From contig NC_092674.1 of assembly GCF_964355755.1 (NCBI RefSeq), positions 10,044,001 to 10,108,000 of the forward strand: 64,000 nt of DNA, read 5' to 3'. A program made the position numbers and the translations under genes. A model generated the notes under the pieces. It did not search any database. It saw only the letters and a list, made by a program, of their open reading frames with translations, and was not told the origin of the DNA. Every line of letters begins with the position of its first letter. Positions within the stretch are counted from its first letter, which is position 1. The DNA comes from Antedon mediterranea (lineage: Eukaryota; Animalia; Echinodermata). Shown in pieces: positions 1 through 11,017 of the stretch.

Positions 1-419
1 GAGATATGTTTTGAAATTGAAATCTTCTTTATCCAGTTGTTTTTCAATCAGATCATAGATACTCTTGCCTTCTTCTAAATCTCTTAACTCCAATAAAAAA
101 ACAATTTTACCTTCAAACGCCATTGGTTTGCTAATGGTTGTGCTGTATGCTAAATACTTTAATAGAGTTGTTTTACCAATACCAGCCTCACCAGAAATAA
201 GAACTCTACATCCAGCTGTGGATTTGATATTATCTAATAATTCTGGTAATGTTGTTGGATGACTGTTCTTCCTCTGATTATCTTCTATGACAAGGTTTAA
301 TTCAGTGAAAATTTCAATATTTAAATATGATTGGCTATCCATTATCGATGGCGTAAATCGTTCATTATTTGTATGGCACAATCTTTGTTGTCTATCACGC
401 AGGTAGTTTTCTATTATTT
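1..419 (-). CDS. NLR-type receptor, NACHT exon (continues beyond left edge of window)
   Basis: Manual minus-strand translation is open throughout: EIIENYLRDRQQRLCH...CRVLISGEAGIGKTTLLKYLAY...FEGKIVFLLELRDL, a NACHT-type Walker A plus the following beta strand. Acceptor ttattttacAG at 421-420, phase 1, matches the upstream micro-exon. Not in the supplied ORF track. Confidence 0.9.
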
Positions 420-1175
420 CTGTAAAATAAGCAAAATAATTCGATCAACCAATATCATTTATAAAAAGCCTTTTTTTGGACATAATATGATATGTATACT
501 CTAAAAAGACTAACAGGAAGTTGACCAAATATAACTGTAAATATGGACATCTGTTTAAACAATGATGATAATCAAGAACCCCTGTGCGTAATGTTTGTTT
601 AGCAACCATTCACAGAATATCGTTTGGGAGGAAGGAATTACTTTTCTTTGATGATACAAAGCCTCCCGGATCAATTGCACATGTATAACTATGCCTACGG
701 TTCATTATAAACAAAGAGAAAAAAATACCCTAATACGCAAAAATACATATGTTCAATTTTAGATAATAATTTATTTAAAATTCATAAATACCAATGCCAT
801 AAACTTATGTTTAACCAATATACCAAATGAATTCTATATTTAACACTTTTACTCTCAGTACCGGTACTATCCACATGGCGTTATTTTATGCAATATGATA
901 TAGATAAATTCACATTTGTATCACATGTATCTCCAATATTATAAAAGCTTAGATTACTATTTGGTTAATACTAAAAGGGTCGATAAACGGATGTAAAAGA
1001 TGTTGCATCACACATTTGACACTATACTAGACAAATTGTAGATACCACTGATCTGATTGATTGATTGATTTATTATGGAGAAATACGATACATATACACT
1101 TATTTCTCATGATAGTAGCCTACTGAGAATCTGGATGTTCAGAGTTGGTTGATAGATGCAGGTGTAAGTTGATCA

Positions 1176-1349
1176 GTCTATTTCGTGCCTGCTTACCTGG
1201 ATAAACCGTCAATATAGCCTCTCTCTCCGAAGAGAGGATACAATTTACGAAAAAGAAAAATCCGTATATATAACATAGCACCCCTATCGGATAATGCACG
1301 CATCCGTAACCACGCCCTCAAGAGGGAGCCATCCAACGTAGTAGCGTCA
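1176..1349 (+). repeat. DIRS left ITR
   Basis: 1189-1349 is the reverse complement of 7832-7992 with 2 mismatches by eye. Contains a TATATATAA box near 1265. Confidence 0.93.
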
Positions 1350-1487
1350 ACATTTCTTTTCGTACTGCCATTGTGTTCATACGTGATACAAAGAACCCGA
1401 TAGAATTCCAGGAATTCAGAGAATACAAGCCGAAGCTAAGTTCCTTTGTTCAGTCAATATAGTGATTAGACAGGCTTAGTCATTCCT

Positions 1488-3871
1488 GTTAAGCAACTTG
1501 TTGCTCAGAAAATCACAGAAAAACGTGTTAGCAAATCTATTGAAATTGCAAACAAAGGTGGTAAATCTTGTAAAGACTTTTGGAAAGTGCTAAAAGGCAA
1601 TACAAATAACAGTAAAAATATTCAATGTATTAAATCAAGAGACTCTGGTGAAAACATTGTCGAAAAAGGGAAAATGAATGAGGTTGTAAAAGATTACTGG
1701 GAAAATCTTGGCAAAGCCAATATGAATCTTAATGATTGCGGTACTTACCTTACAAGTCGTTTTGTTAATAATATTAGAAATCAAACAAAAACAAATTGTA
1801 CATATGATAAAGATGTTGACGAAAATTGTTTGTATGATGTTAAGATAGATTATGATATTGTAAAAGAGGCTATACTAATGGCAAAGAATAATAAGTCACC
1901 AGGTCTAGATAATATAACAAATGAATTAATTAAGAATGGTGGCAACAAATTAATCAGATCTATATTAGACCTATTTTTACAAATTTTAAAACTAGAACAA
2001 ATACCAAGCGAGTGGAATATTAGTGTAATTGTTCCTATTTACAAAAAAGGGGATCGCAATGATCTCAATAATTATCGAGGGATATCGTTAACCTCCTGTA
2101 TATCCAAAATTTTTAATAGGATAGTTGCCAAAAATACCTCTCTCTATCTTGAAGACAATGCTATTCTTTCGGAAGTCCAGGGAGGCTTTCGACCTTCGTA
2201 TAGATGCGAAGATCATATCTTTGTTTTAAAGAGTGTAGCGACTTGTCGCTTACAACAGGGTAAGCATACATACATGGCCTTCTTGGACTTCCGAAAAGCA
2301 TTTGATAGTGTATGGAGAGACGGCTTAATGAAATCAATTTGGAATACAGGAATAAGAGGAAAGGTATGGAGGATGATTGATAAGCTTTATGCTAATGTTA
2401 AAGGTAAAGTCTCCTCTGGTATAATTGATACAGATATTTTTGATATTGATCAAGGAGTAAAGCAAGGGTGCGTTTTATCACCTGTTTTATTTAGCATCTA
2501 CATAAATGAGTTTACCAAAATGTTAAGATCCAAGGATATATGTATTAGAGTAAATGATACATGGATGGGTAGCCTTTTTTGGGCTGATGATATTGTATTA
2601 TTAGCTAACAATGAACTGGAAATGAAAAGAATGTTAGACCTTGAAGGAAATTTTGCTAAGGAATGGAAATTATGCTTTAATTTTGAAAAGTCAAATATAC
2701 TGATAACTGGTAAACGTGTTGATAAAGTAAGACAGTGGAAATTAGGTAATGGCTTTATATCTGAAACTGAATCATATAAATATCTCGGTGTACATATTTC
2801 TCGTAAATTAAATGACCATATACAAATTGAGAATGTTATAAAAAAAAGGTCAAAGATTAATAGCGTACGTTAAATCAATTATCAGTAGCTTTGATAACTT
2901 TAACAGAGTATATTATGGGGATACTCTGTGGAGATCGATAGTTCTCCCATCTATCAACTATGGTTGTTCAGTATGGTGCTCTTTAAGTAGAATAGATATA
3001 GATAAACTAGAGCGTCTCCAGCTCCAAATGGCGCGTTATATCTTAAAAGCACCTCGAAATACATCTTGTGCCGCCTTATGGAGAGCTTGGTTGGTCTCCA
3101 ATTAACGAGATTCATAACGCTCTTTGTATGAAATACTTCCATAGAATTATAAAGATGGAAAACTATCGATGGCCAAAAATTATGTTTATTGGAATGCTAC
3201 AACTTAATTGTGAATTTAAAAACTTAAGGTATAAGTTTCTATCTTGTATAAATGATATTCTCTTGAAGTGTAATTGTGAATCCAAAAATATTTTCACCAC
3301 TCTCTCAAATTATAAAGAAGTCTACTTTCCAATTTCTGAAATCTTAAGAAAACTTAACTATATAATGATAGATGAATGGAGAATTGAATTACAAAATAAA
3401 TCAAGTCTCCACATCTACGAAACATTAAAATCAAAACCTGGACTTGAAAATTACTTAATTGATAAAACTAATTTTGAAGGTGCTGCATTAAAATTTAAAG
3501 CTCGTTCAAATACTCTACCTTTGAATGATAGAACTGCAAATTGGAATATTGATAATAATAAAAAATGTAAATTGTGCGGTACAAATTCGGACGAAGACAT
3601 CCATCATTTCATCCTTAATTGTCCAGCTTTAAATAATATACGTAATCAGGAATTATTTAATTTATATGTGGATATGTATAGAAATGGCAGCAAAGATATG
3701 TTTGATACTTTTTATACTTCTCCTGAAAATGACAAACTTAAATATATTTTGGGATACTCAGATAATTTAATTGATGAAGAGTGTGAAAATATTTTGGATA
3801 GTTTTTGTAAAAGATACCTAAAACAAGCATGGCAATTTCGAAATGATTCACTGAATTCCATGACTCAATAA
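1488..3871 (+). pseudogene. LINE ORF2 (RT plus zinc finger), endonuclease lost, two frameshifts
   Basis: The frame is open from 1488. ORFs 1587..2873 and 3068..3871 are bridged by an intermediate frame (GQRLIAYVKSII...APRNTS), with shifts at the A-run ~2840-2847 and at ~3078. Confidence 0.9.
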
Positions 3872-4217
3872 CTATGTTATCTACATTGCTACATTAAGTA
3901 AATTGAAAAAAAAGTGGGGGGGGGGAGGAGTTGGGGGTTTCTTGTAATAAGCTGTGTTTATCAGCTGATTTTATTTTATTTTATACACTTTTACTATATC
4001 TTGTTTTGTATTCATTGTGTAAAGTAATAATCTACTGTATGTATCGATGTAAATTGGGGGGTGGGGGGGGGGGTGTAGGATAGGGGTTGATAGTTGCTTT
4101 TGCCTTTTTTTACTTTTCTGTTAATTGTTATATTTTATATTGTGAAGGATGCACCTTTGTGCTAAGTGTGCCACCGATCTAAAGGTGTAATTCCAAATAA
4201 ATAAATAAAAAAAATAA
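1488..4217 (+). mobile_element. 5'-truncated non-LTR retrotransposon (LINE, RTE-X-like) nested in the DIRS 5' region
   Basis: RT motifs KSPGLDNI, YRGISL, FLDFRKAFD, GVKQGCVLSP, FWADD, YKYLG and a C-terminal CKLC..EDIHHFILNC finger; (TAAA)n/A tail 4195-4217; candidate TSD ATTCCT at 1482-1487 and 4218-4223. Confidence 0.92.
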
Positions 4218-4423
4218 ATTCCTTGTTGTGTGTGGATACGTTCAAATCCGTCATTCTAGGCTTATCTAGAGGATTCTAGTTACGTTTGAAAACGTTGTTT
4301 TAGGCCTAGAATAGAAATAGCGATACGTTGCAAATCGTTATCCTAGCGTGCTAGGATAGAAACAAGTACACACGCCGTTAGTTACGTGTACGTTGTGTAA
4401 CAATACGATTGTTAGTTGGCACT

Positions 4424-5941
4424 ATGCCAAAATCAGAGTGCATACAGTGCAAGGGTCCCCGTGCTACGACCAACAAGTGGGATCGGCACGCAAGATGCAT
4501 TAATTGCCGTTCTTGTAGTGAGGCGGCTCCGTGCGATATTTGTGTCCGGTGGACGCCTGCGAAGTTTGCGTCGCTACCTAAGCCTCGGGATCGTGTGGAG
4601 GTCACTGACCCCACACCGTGTGTAACTCAGGAAACAGTTGTTAGTCAGCCTACACCTGCACGCGAGAATGCTCCTCCCGCGATGGCTGCCTCCGCTGCAG
4701 CTGCGGCCGATCCGGATGTTCTCTCCCCGGCGGTCATGCAAGCTATCTCGGCAGCGGTGAGAGCGTTGCCTAGGGAGATGCCCTCTGCAACCTCTCCTCA
4801 TACCGGCCCTCCCCAAGTTCCGTACATCGAACTTCGGCCCCCGCCTCAGACGTCTGTGTCTGTGAGGGCCCGTCCATCGTCAGAGGGTACGAGTCCGATT
4901 TGACGATGGTCACGCTCTCTGATGAGGAGCGCGTGAGAGAGCGTGAGGGACCGGAGGGTGAGGGCCTGCAGGCATTAGTGCTTCGTACTGTCCCGGCGGT
5001 ACTCGAATTTCTTGGAGTCGACTACGCGTTTAACGAGCCGAAGCCCACGCCATCGTCGAAACGTTTTTTGACGTTCGGTCTGCGCACGCCGCTGAAGAGG
5101 ACCTCCACGTGCCCGGTTGTGCCGCTTGATCCTGAGCTTATAGATAGGATCGAGCTTATAGCTAAGGAACCGAAGATTCCTAAGCCTGCACCGTTTATTC
5201 TCGGAGCGGCCTTTCCAGTGCCTACTCAACAGTTTGAACACTATAATACGGCGCCCGTCATTCCGGACGCCGCTAAGGGACGGGTCCGCGAAGACCAAGG
5301 CTTAGACGCAAGTAGGTCAAAATTTCCTAGTGGCGAGCGCGCTAGGTCTGAGGAGGTTCTGTCAACTGTTGACAGAGCGGCCCGCGAGACGATTTGAGCT
5401 AAGTCGATGGCGGGATATCTTCTTTCTTTTCTGGCGGATCCAGAACACCCGCTTCATAATGATCCGCATATCGTTATATTGCTGCAGCAAATCATGGGCT
5501 TGGTGGCCGATCAGCAAACAGCTATATCGCTTACGGCATCCGCGGCTCGCCGCGTGAACGTGCTTCAGTCTACGGACATCGCTCAGGCCAACTCCTTCGG
5601 CGCCCGTGATCTATTTTTTCGGGTCATTCTGACATAGAGAAGACAATTGGGCGCGGGAGAGGGAAGCTCGTCGCGAGACTCGAGCTAAGTTTCCAGCTAA
5701 ACGTCAGGCGAGTCGACAACGCCCTAGATCAAGGTTGACACGACCGCCTCCTCCTCTCCCCGCGGTACCGCCGCGTTCACGTGCACCCGCACCCGTTCCC
5801 CCTCCCCCTACACCGGGGGCTCAGCCTGCCTTTCAGACTTCGACCTCCTACCCACAGAATAACAATCCCCACCGTGGTGGTGGAAGAAGAAGCGCCCGCC
5901 GCGGTTGCGGTCGGCGCTCGGGTAATGCGAGGCGCCGGTGA
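4424..5941 (+). pseudogene. DIRS gag-like ORF1 (frameshifts and stops)
   Basis: MPKSECIQC...DRHARCINCRSCSEAAPCDICVRW Cys/His finger typical of DIRS ORF1 N-termini; broken into ORFs 4409, 4900, 5407 and 5735; Arg/Gly-rich C-terminus. Confidence 0.75.
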
Positions 5942-5949
5942 CGCCCTCG

Positions 5950-6705
5950 GGGCGCCCGTCCTCACGGCGGAGGACGTGGAGGTGGGGGGTCGCCTACTAC
6001 GGTATGCGCGGGTTTGGGAGACCCTTACTACAGACAAATGTGTTCTCTCTACCGTGACGCATAGGTAGGCCATAGAGTTCACGAGTCCGCCGCTGTGCGG
6101 CGGTCCTCGACCAACAAAGGTTCCACCCGAACCCGTAAAGAAACAGGCGCTCATGGAGGGCCTTTCTGCAGTTCTCCGCAAAGGAGCTGTGGTGCCGGTA
6201 AACGAACTCTATGCGTCCCCGGGATACGAGTCCATCGTGTTTCTCGCCGAGAAGAAGTCCGGCGATTGGCGACCCATATTAAATCTGCGGAGTCTGAACA
6301 AACGGTTCATCCGTCCCCGCAGGTGGAATGGAGACAATACCATCCATCCTGCTGGGGTTGCGGCGAGGCGACTGGGCGGCGTCAATAGACTTGAAAGACG
6401 CGTACTTTCATGTGCCTATTGCGGAGCAAGACCAACGTTGGTTGCGCTTCCGGATTCACGATCGTGTTTACCAATTCGTCGCGTTGCCGTTCGGGCTTTC
6501 CACATCCCCACGTGTGGTCACACGTCTAGTCAGGACGCTTGTGGCGTTCTTCCATCAGAACGGCATACGCATCTTCATGTACCTGGACGATTGGTTGATC
6601 GTGGCCCAGTCTCGGGACCTGCTACAAAACCATCTTGCGCAGGTCCTCCTCTTAACGGAACAGGCGGGGTTTATCATAAACCGAGAAAAGTCGCGCCTTC
6701 TGCCG
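5950..6705 (+). pseudogene. DIRS reverse transcriptase (frameshifted, RNase H region deleted)
   Basis: VGGRLLRYARVW, KKSGDWRPILNLRSLN, SIDLKDAYFHVPI, ALPFGLSTSPRV, YLDDWLI, GFIINREKS. Confidence 0.9.
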
Positions 6706-7687
6706 GGAAGGGAATCAACACTCACCGTCTTTAATAGCCATCTGAAGCATTATTTTAACTGGTGCAAGCGCCAGCCGGTACACCCCAAGACTGTGACATT
6801 GAGACAGGTATGCGCTTTCCTGCATTACCTGTTTGAGTCAGTTTACAGGTCCGCACCATATCCGGTTATCGGTCTGCCATAAGTGCAATCACACCGACTT
6901 TTCCAGACGGTTCGAGCGTCTCAACATCCACCACAATATCAAGTTTGCATGCTGTGTGGAATGTTTAGAGAACGGCCCCTTGGTTCTTCCCCGCTGGGAC
7001 ATCAACGTCATCCTAGCCGCTCTCACACGTCCACCATTTGAGCCTTTACATAAGGCCTCTATGTACAACCTTTCGCTTAAGACGGCGTTCTTGCTGGCGG
7101 TGGCGTTATGCAAACGCCGAGGCGAATTACACGCTCTCTCCTTAGAACTAGGCCATATCAGGTTTGAGCGTGGTGGCGGTTTTTAGGAAGGACTTCCTAG
7201 CTAAGACGCAGGCGTTGAATTTCCCGCCGTTTTCGTCCCCACCATTGCCTCGATTTCAGGGGTTGAGGAAGACAGGTTCTGGTGTCCTGTTAGAGCGATT
7301 AAGATCTACATCAACAGAACCAGAGCTTTGCAAGATGGTGTTTCACACCTGTTTATCGCTTCAGTGTCCCCATTCCGTCCGGCAGCGAAGTCAACGATCG
7401 CAAATTGGATTGTTGCAGCAATTCGCGCTGGATACGAATCCTCGGACACTCCTCCTCCTGCGCATATGCACCAGGTGCGTGGCGTCGCCACATCTTGGGC
7501 GTTGATCACGGGAGTCCCTCTCCCTGACATTCTGAAAGCGGCTTGGTGGCGGACGCAATCAACGTTCACTTCGTTTTATCTATCGGATGTATCCGCTAAC
7601 CAGGCACCAGTGGCGACCTCAATTCTGTATGTACGTATTCGTCACTTACTTGTCGCCCGCCGCCGACTAGGTTTAGTCCGGTGCTAG
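6706..7687 (+). pseudogene. DIRS tyrosine recombinase (frameshifted)
   Basis: RESTLTVF..YFNWC core-binding start, PRWDINVIL, KTAFLLAVALCKRRGELHAL (catalytic R), HQVRGVATSWA (HxxR), AWWRTQSTFTSFYL (W...Y). Confidence 0.9.
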
Positions 7688-7690
7688 ACT

Positions 7691-7788
7691 GGCTATATTG
7701 TCGGTTTATTCAGGTAAGCAGGCACGAAATAGACTACACAAACCAACAGTGGTGTTGGTAGTCTATGAGTGCTGCTTACCTGGATAAA
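7691..7788. repeat. DIRS internal complementary region (ICR)
   Basis: 7691-7735 is complementary to the left end 1175-1219 (2 mismatches); 7736-7788 is complementary to the right end 7976-8028. Confidence 0.93.
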
Positions 7789-7831
7789 TGCCCTCCCGCC
7801 GTCCCCACTGACAAGTGTACTCATGAAATGA

Positions 7832-8028
7832 TGACGCTACTACGTTGGATGGCTCCCTCTTGAGGACGTGGTTACGGATGCGTGCATTATCCGATAGGGG
7901 TGCTATGTTATATATACGGATTTCTCTTTTTCGTAAATTGTATCCTCTCTTCGGAGAGAGAGGCTATATTGACGGTTTATCCAGGTAAGCAGCACTCATA
8001 GACTACCAACACCACTGTTGGTTTGTGT
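7832..8028 (-). repeat. DIRS right ITR including the terminal extension
   Basis: Inverse of the left ITR plus extra terminal sequence CACTCATAGACTACCAACACCACTGTTGGTTTGTGT that is mirrored in the ICR. Confidence 0.93.
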
Positions 8029-8088
8029 AATATACCTTGTTTATATAGTTACCCAACTAATAATCACTAATCAAAACAAAACAAATAC

Positions 8089-8127
8089 CTTGTTCAGAAA
8101 GAGGCTTGCTTCCTTGATTTTCATTTT
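8089..8127 (-). CDS. NLR linker micro-exon b2 (39 nt, KNENQGSKPLSEQ)
   Basis: ttctttattAG...GTattt boundaries, phase 1-1, frame-preserving; duplicate of 8878-8916. Confidence 0.7.
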
Positions 8128-8589
8128 CTAATAAAGAAAAAAGCATTACAAAATATAGGGTAATAGAAACACAAAAAAAGTACTAAAACTAAAATATTAT
8201 TTCCTTTGTGGTTCCAATATAATTAAATCTTCATGCCAACACAACGAAAATATAATTATTGCTTGTGTATTTAAATAACTGGAATCGTTTACGTCCCATG
8301 CTAATCCTACAAAAATAGGTTAAAAGGTAATGATTATTTATACTCTCTTTTTTTTGTTATCCTCAAATGAGATGGCAAGAAGATTTATGTTAGTTTTGCA
8401 GTTGAATATTATTAAGTAAATAAAAAAGACCTCCTCTTATTCATAAAGTCAATTAACATAAAGTGAACGGAATTATTTTGATTCTATCTGTCCCATTTAA
8501 TAGATTGAGGTTATCAAATTTGGTGATTAATTTAATGTTAAATTGTGGGAATTACTATTATGATTATTGATATTTTCTTTATTATTTAC

Positions 8590-8631
8590 TTTTTATTTTC
8601 TTGGAACTCGATGGTCTCTTATGCTCATCAT
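8590..8631 (-). CDS. NLR linker micro-exon a2 (42 nt, DDEHKRPSSSKKIK)
   Basis: gatttctAG...GTaaat boundaries, phase 1-1; duplicate of 9389-9439. Confidence 0.7.
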
Positions 8632-8877
8632 CTAGAAATCAAATCAATAATTAATATTAATAAAACGATACAAATTAAAATTTATAATTTCTAAAAATGT
8701 GGGAAATACGTTTATATACACTTATTTCTCATGATAGTAACCTACTGAGAATCTGGATGTTCAGAGTTGGTTGATAAATGTAGTTGGAAAAAGAGTAAGT
8801 TGATCAATATGTTTACATATCCAGCTACTAACTATACGGTATGGTAATCACTAATCAAAACAAAACACATACAGTAC

Positions 8878-8916
8878 CTTGTTCAGAATGAGGCTTGCTT
8901 CCTTGATTTTCTTTTT
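8878..8916 (-). CDS. NLR linker micro-exon b1 (39 nt, KKENQGSKPHSEQ)
   Basis: ttctttattAG...GTactg boundaries, phase 1-1. Confidence 0.7.
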
Positions 8917-9388
8917 CTAATAAAGAAAAAAAGCATCACAAAATATAGGATAAAAAATACCAAAAAAGGAAATATTATTATTTTCCTTTGTTGTTCCAAT
9001 ATAATGGAATCATCAAGCCAACACATGACAAGACAACGAAAATATAATTATTAGTGTATTTAACTAACTGGAATCGGTTACATCGCGTCTACCTTTACCG
9101 TAAGTACCGACAAAAATGGGTTTAAAAGGTAAGTATTTGTTATATTCTCTGGTTTTGTTTATCCTCAAGTGAGATGACAAGAAGATAATTTATTACTTTT
9201 GCAGTTGAATAGTATTAAGTAAATAAAAGACCACCTCTTATTCATAAAGTCAATTAACATAAAGTGAACGGAATTATTTTGATTCTATCTGTCCCATTTA
9301 ATAGATTGAGGTTATCAAATTTGGTGATTAAATTAATTTGTGGGATTCGAATTACTTTATGATTATTAATATTTTCTTTATTATTTAC

Positions 9389-9439
9389 TTTTTCTTTTCT
9401 TGGAACTCGATGGTCTCTTATGCTCATCATCTTCACTAT
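9389..9439 (-). CDS. NLR linker micro-exon a1 (51 nt, DSEDDEHKRPSSSKKRK)
   Basis: gatttctAG...GTaaat boundaries, phase 1-1. Confidence 0.7.
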
Positions 9440-9665
9440 CTAGAAATCAAATCAATAATTCTTATAAATAATACAGATTAAAATTCCTTAAAATGTTATT
9501 TATTTCTCATCCATTAAAATTTAATGGATAGGAAATATCGTCCGCTCATAATATTTTACAAAAAATACAATCAAAGTAATGTGACATTCATGGAATAAAC
9601 CACGAGACGGAATTGTTATAGCATGTGTTACTTTAGATATTGTTAATCATAGACAAAATACATAC

Positions 9666-10191
9666 CGGTACTTGATAGGCCTAGTTCTTCCTGTGCATAT
9701 TTTCCAAGACATCTTGCAAATTTCTTTGTTTTGCCTGGATCCTTTGTTAAACGTTTGTTGATCTCCAAATGAAATACGGCATCAAACAAATTATACTTCT
9801 TCAATTTGTAGACATCATTAACTTTCTGTAATGCACCAGGTTCAGCTTGTCTCACAGCCCTAAATAGTTGTTTTCGATAAGATGACAACCTGCTTTGATC
9901 AGTATTTTTAATATTATTATCTTCTAAATACTTAATTGCAAGCAATTCAGCCTCCTTCGGACCTGTTAATCTGGTGATCTCTAGCAGTAGGCCGACATTC
10001 TTAGGTGAGATAATACCATTGCCACTAGTCTTATCAAGTTTATTGAATAAAGTATGTCCCGTGGATTCCTTAGTAAGATCTCCTTTTGGTAAAATATCAA
10101 ATAGGCAAAATGTCAACAACTTGTAGTCTTCATCCTCATAGTACTTACTAAGCTCAAATTTCAAGTCATCAAACTTATCAATGTCTGTCAT
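9666..10191 (-). CDS. NLR first coding exon, tandem death-effector-domain (DED)-like
   Basis: ORF 9643..10191. FDDLKFELSKYY..YKLLTFCLFDILPKGDL..GHTLFNKL..GIISPKNVGLLLEI fits the DED pattern; a second degenerate DED starts at LSSYRKQLF. Donor G|GTATG at 9665, 526 nt (phase 1). Upstream acceptor tgtttttgcAG near 10214. Confidence 0.75.
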
Positions 10192-10537
10192 TTTTTTCTA
10201 ATTGTGTGTCAGTCTGCAAAAACAGATATTATTAAATTATAATAAATTTCTATGTATATATAACTTCTATAGTTTTAAATTGAAACTTATATGGTGCAGG
10301 ATGAAGGCACACAATAAGTACCGGTACCATATAAGTTTCAATTTTTTTTAAAATTGTGTATATTATGTTCTTAAAAAATATTCAACATCTTTTAATGAAT
10401 AGTTGTTATTAACTCAATGAACAAATGATTACAGTGTGTTTTTTTTCTCTAAAAACATTCAAAACGGATCGGCGCTCTTATGATGTGCATTGTTTCGTTT
10501 AATCCAGATTTCGCTGGAACAAATTATTTTTTAATTT

Positions 10538-10882
10538 CGTAAATAACGTGTGCATTCCGAATATGAATATTATATTATAAAGCATGTTAATATATACTTG
10601 TTTATGTTTTTAATTCGATATTAAATGTGCAAAATGAATGTATTTATCTCTGTCAGATAAAGTATAATGACGGCGATTGATCACGTTGCAAAATAAGTAC
10701 AGTATCAACGCACGCAAAAAAAGTCTATTAAATTAAGTATGTCCCGTAAATAACGTGTGCATTCCGAATATAAATATTACATTATAAACATTTAATATAT
10801 ACTTGTTTTATGTTTAATTCGATGTTAAATGTGGAAAATTATAGTACTACATTTAGTACAGTATCAGCGCACGCAAAAAAAT
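10538..10882. repeat. Imperfect ~207-bp tandem duplication
   Basis: cgtaaataacgtgtgcattccgaata ... gtacagtatca(a/g)cgcacgcaaaaaaa occurs twice. Confidence 0.8.
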
Positions 10883-11017
10883 TATCGTTTACTTGAAAAC
10901 TGTATTTGACAGAAAAATATATTTTGTATTGTTATAAGTGAAAACATTATTTGTTTACATTTTTCTACAGAAGTGAATAACTAAAAATTGACATATTAAA
11001 AGTCTTTTTCATTATAG

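Larger units (their letters stand above)
1176..8028 (+). mobile_element. DIRS1-type tyrosine-recombinase retrotransposon, ends intact, ORFs disrupted
   Basis: Inverted terminal repeats 1176-1349 and 7832-8028, an internal complementary region 7691-7788, and gag-like, RT and YR remnants. No conventional TSD. Confidence 0.95.
8030..9490. repeat. ~0.8 kb tandem duplication carrying the micro-exon pair; the lower copy continues at ~1080-1175 on the other side of the DIRS
   Basis: 8060-8690 aligns with 8845-9490; 1080-1175 aligns with 8703-8806. Confidence 0.9.

Noticed and set aside
65-262. Plus-strand 65-aa ORF
   Set aside because: It is the antisense shadow of the NACHT exon.
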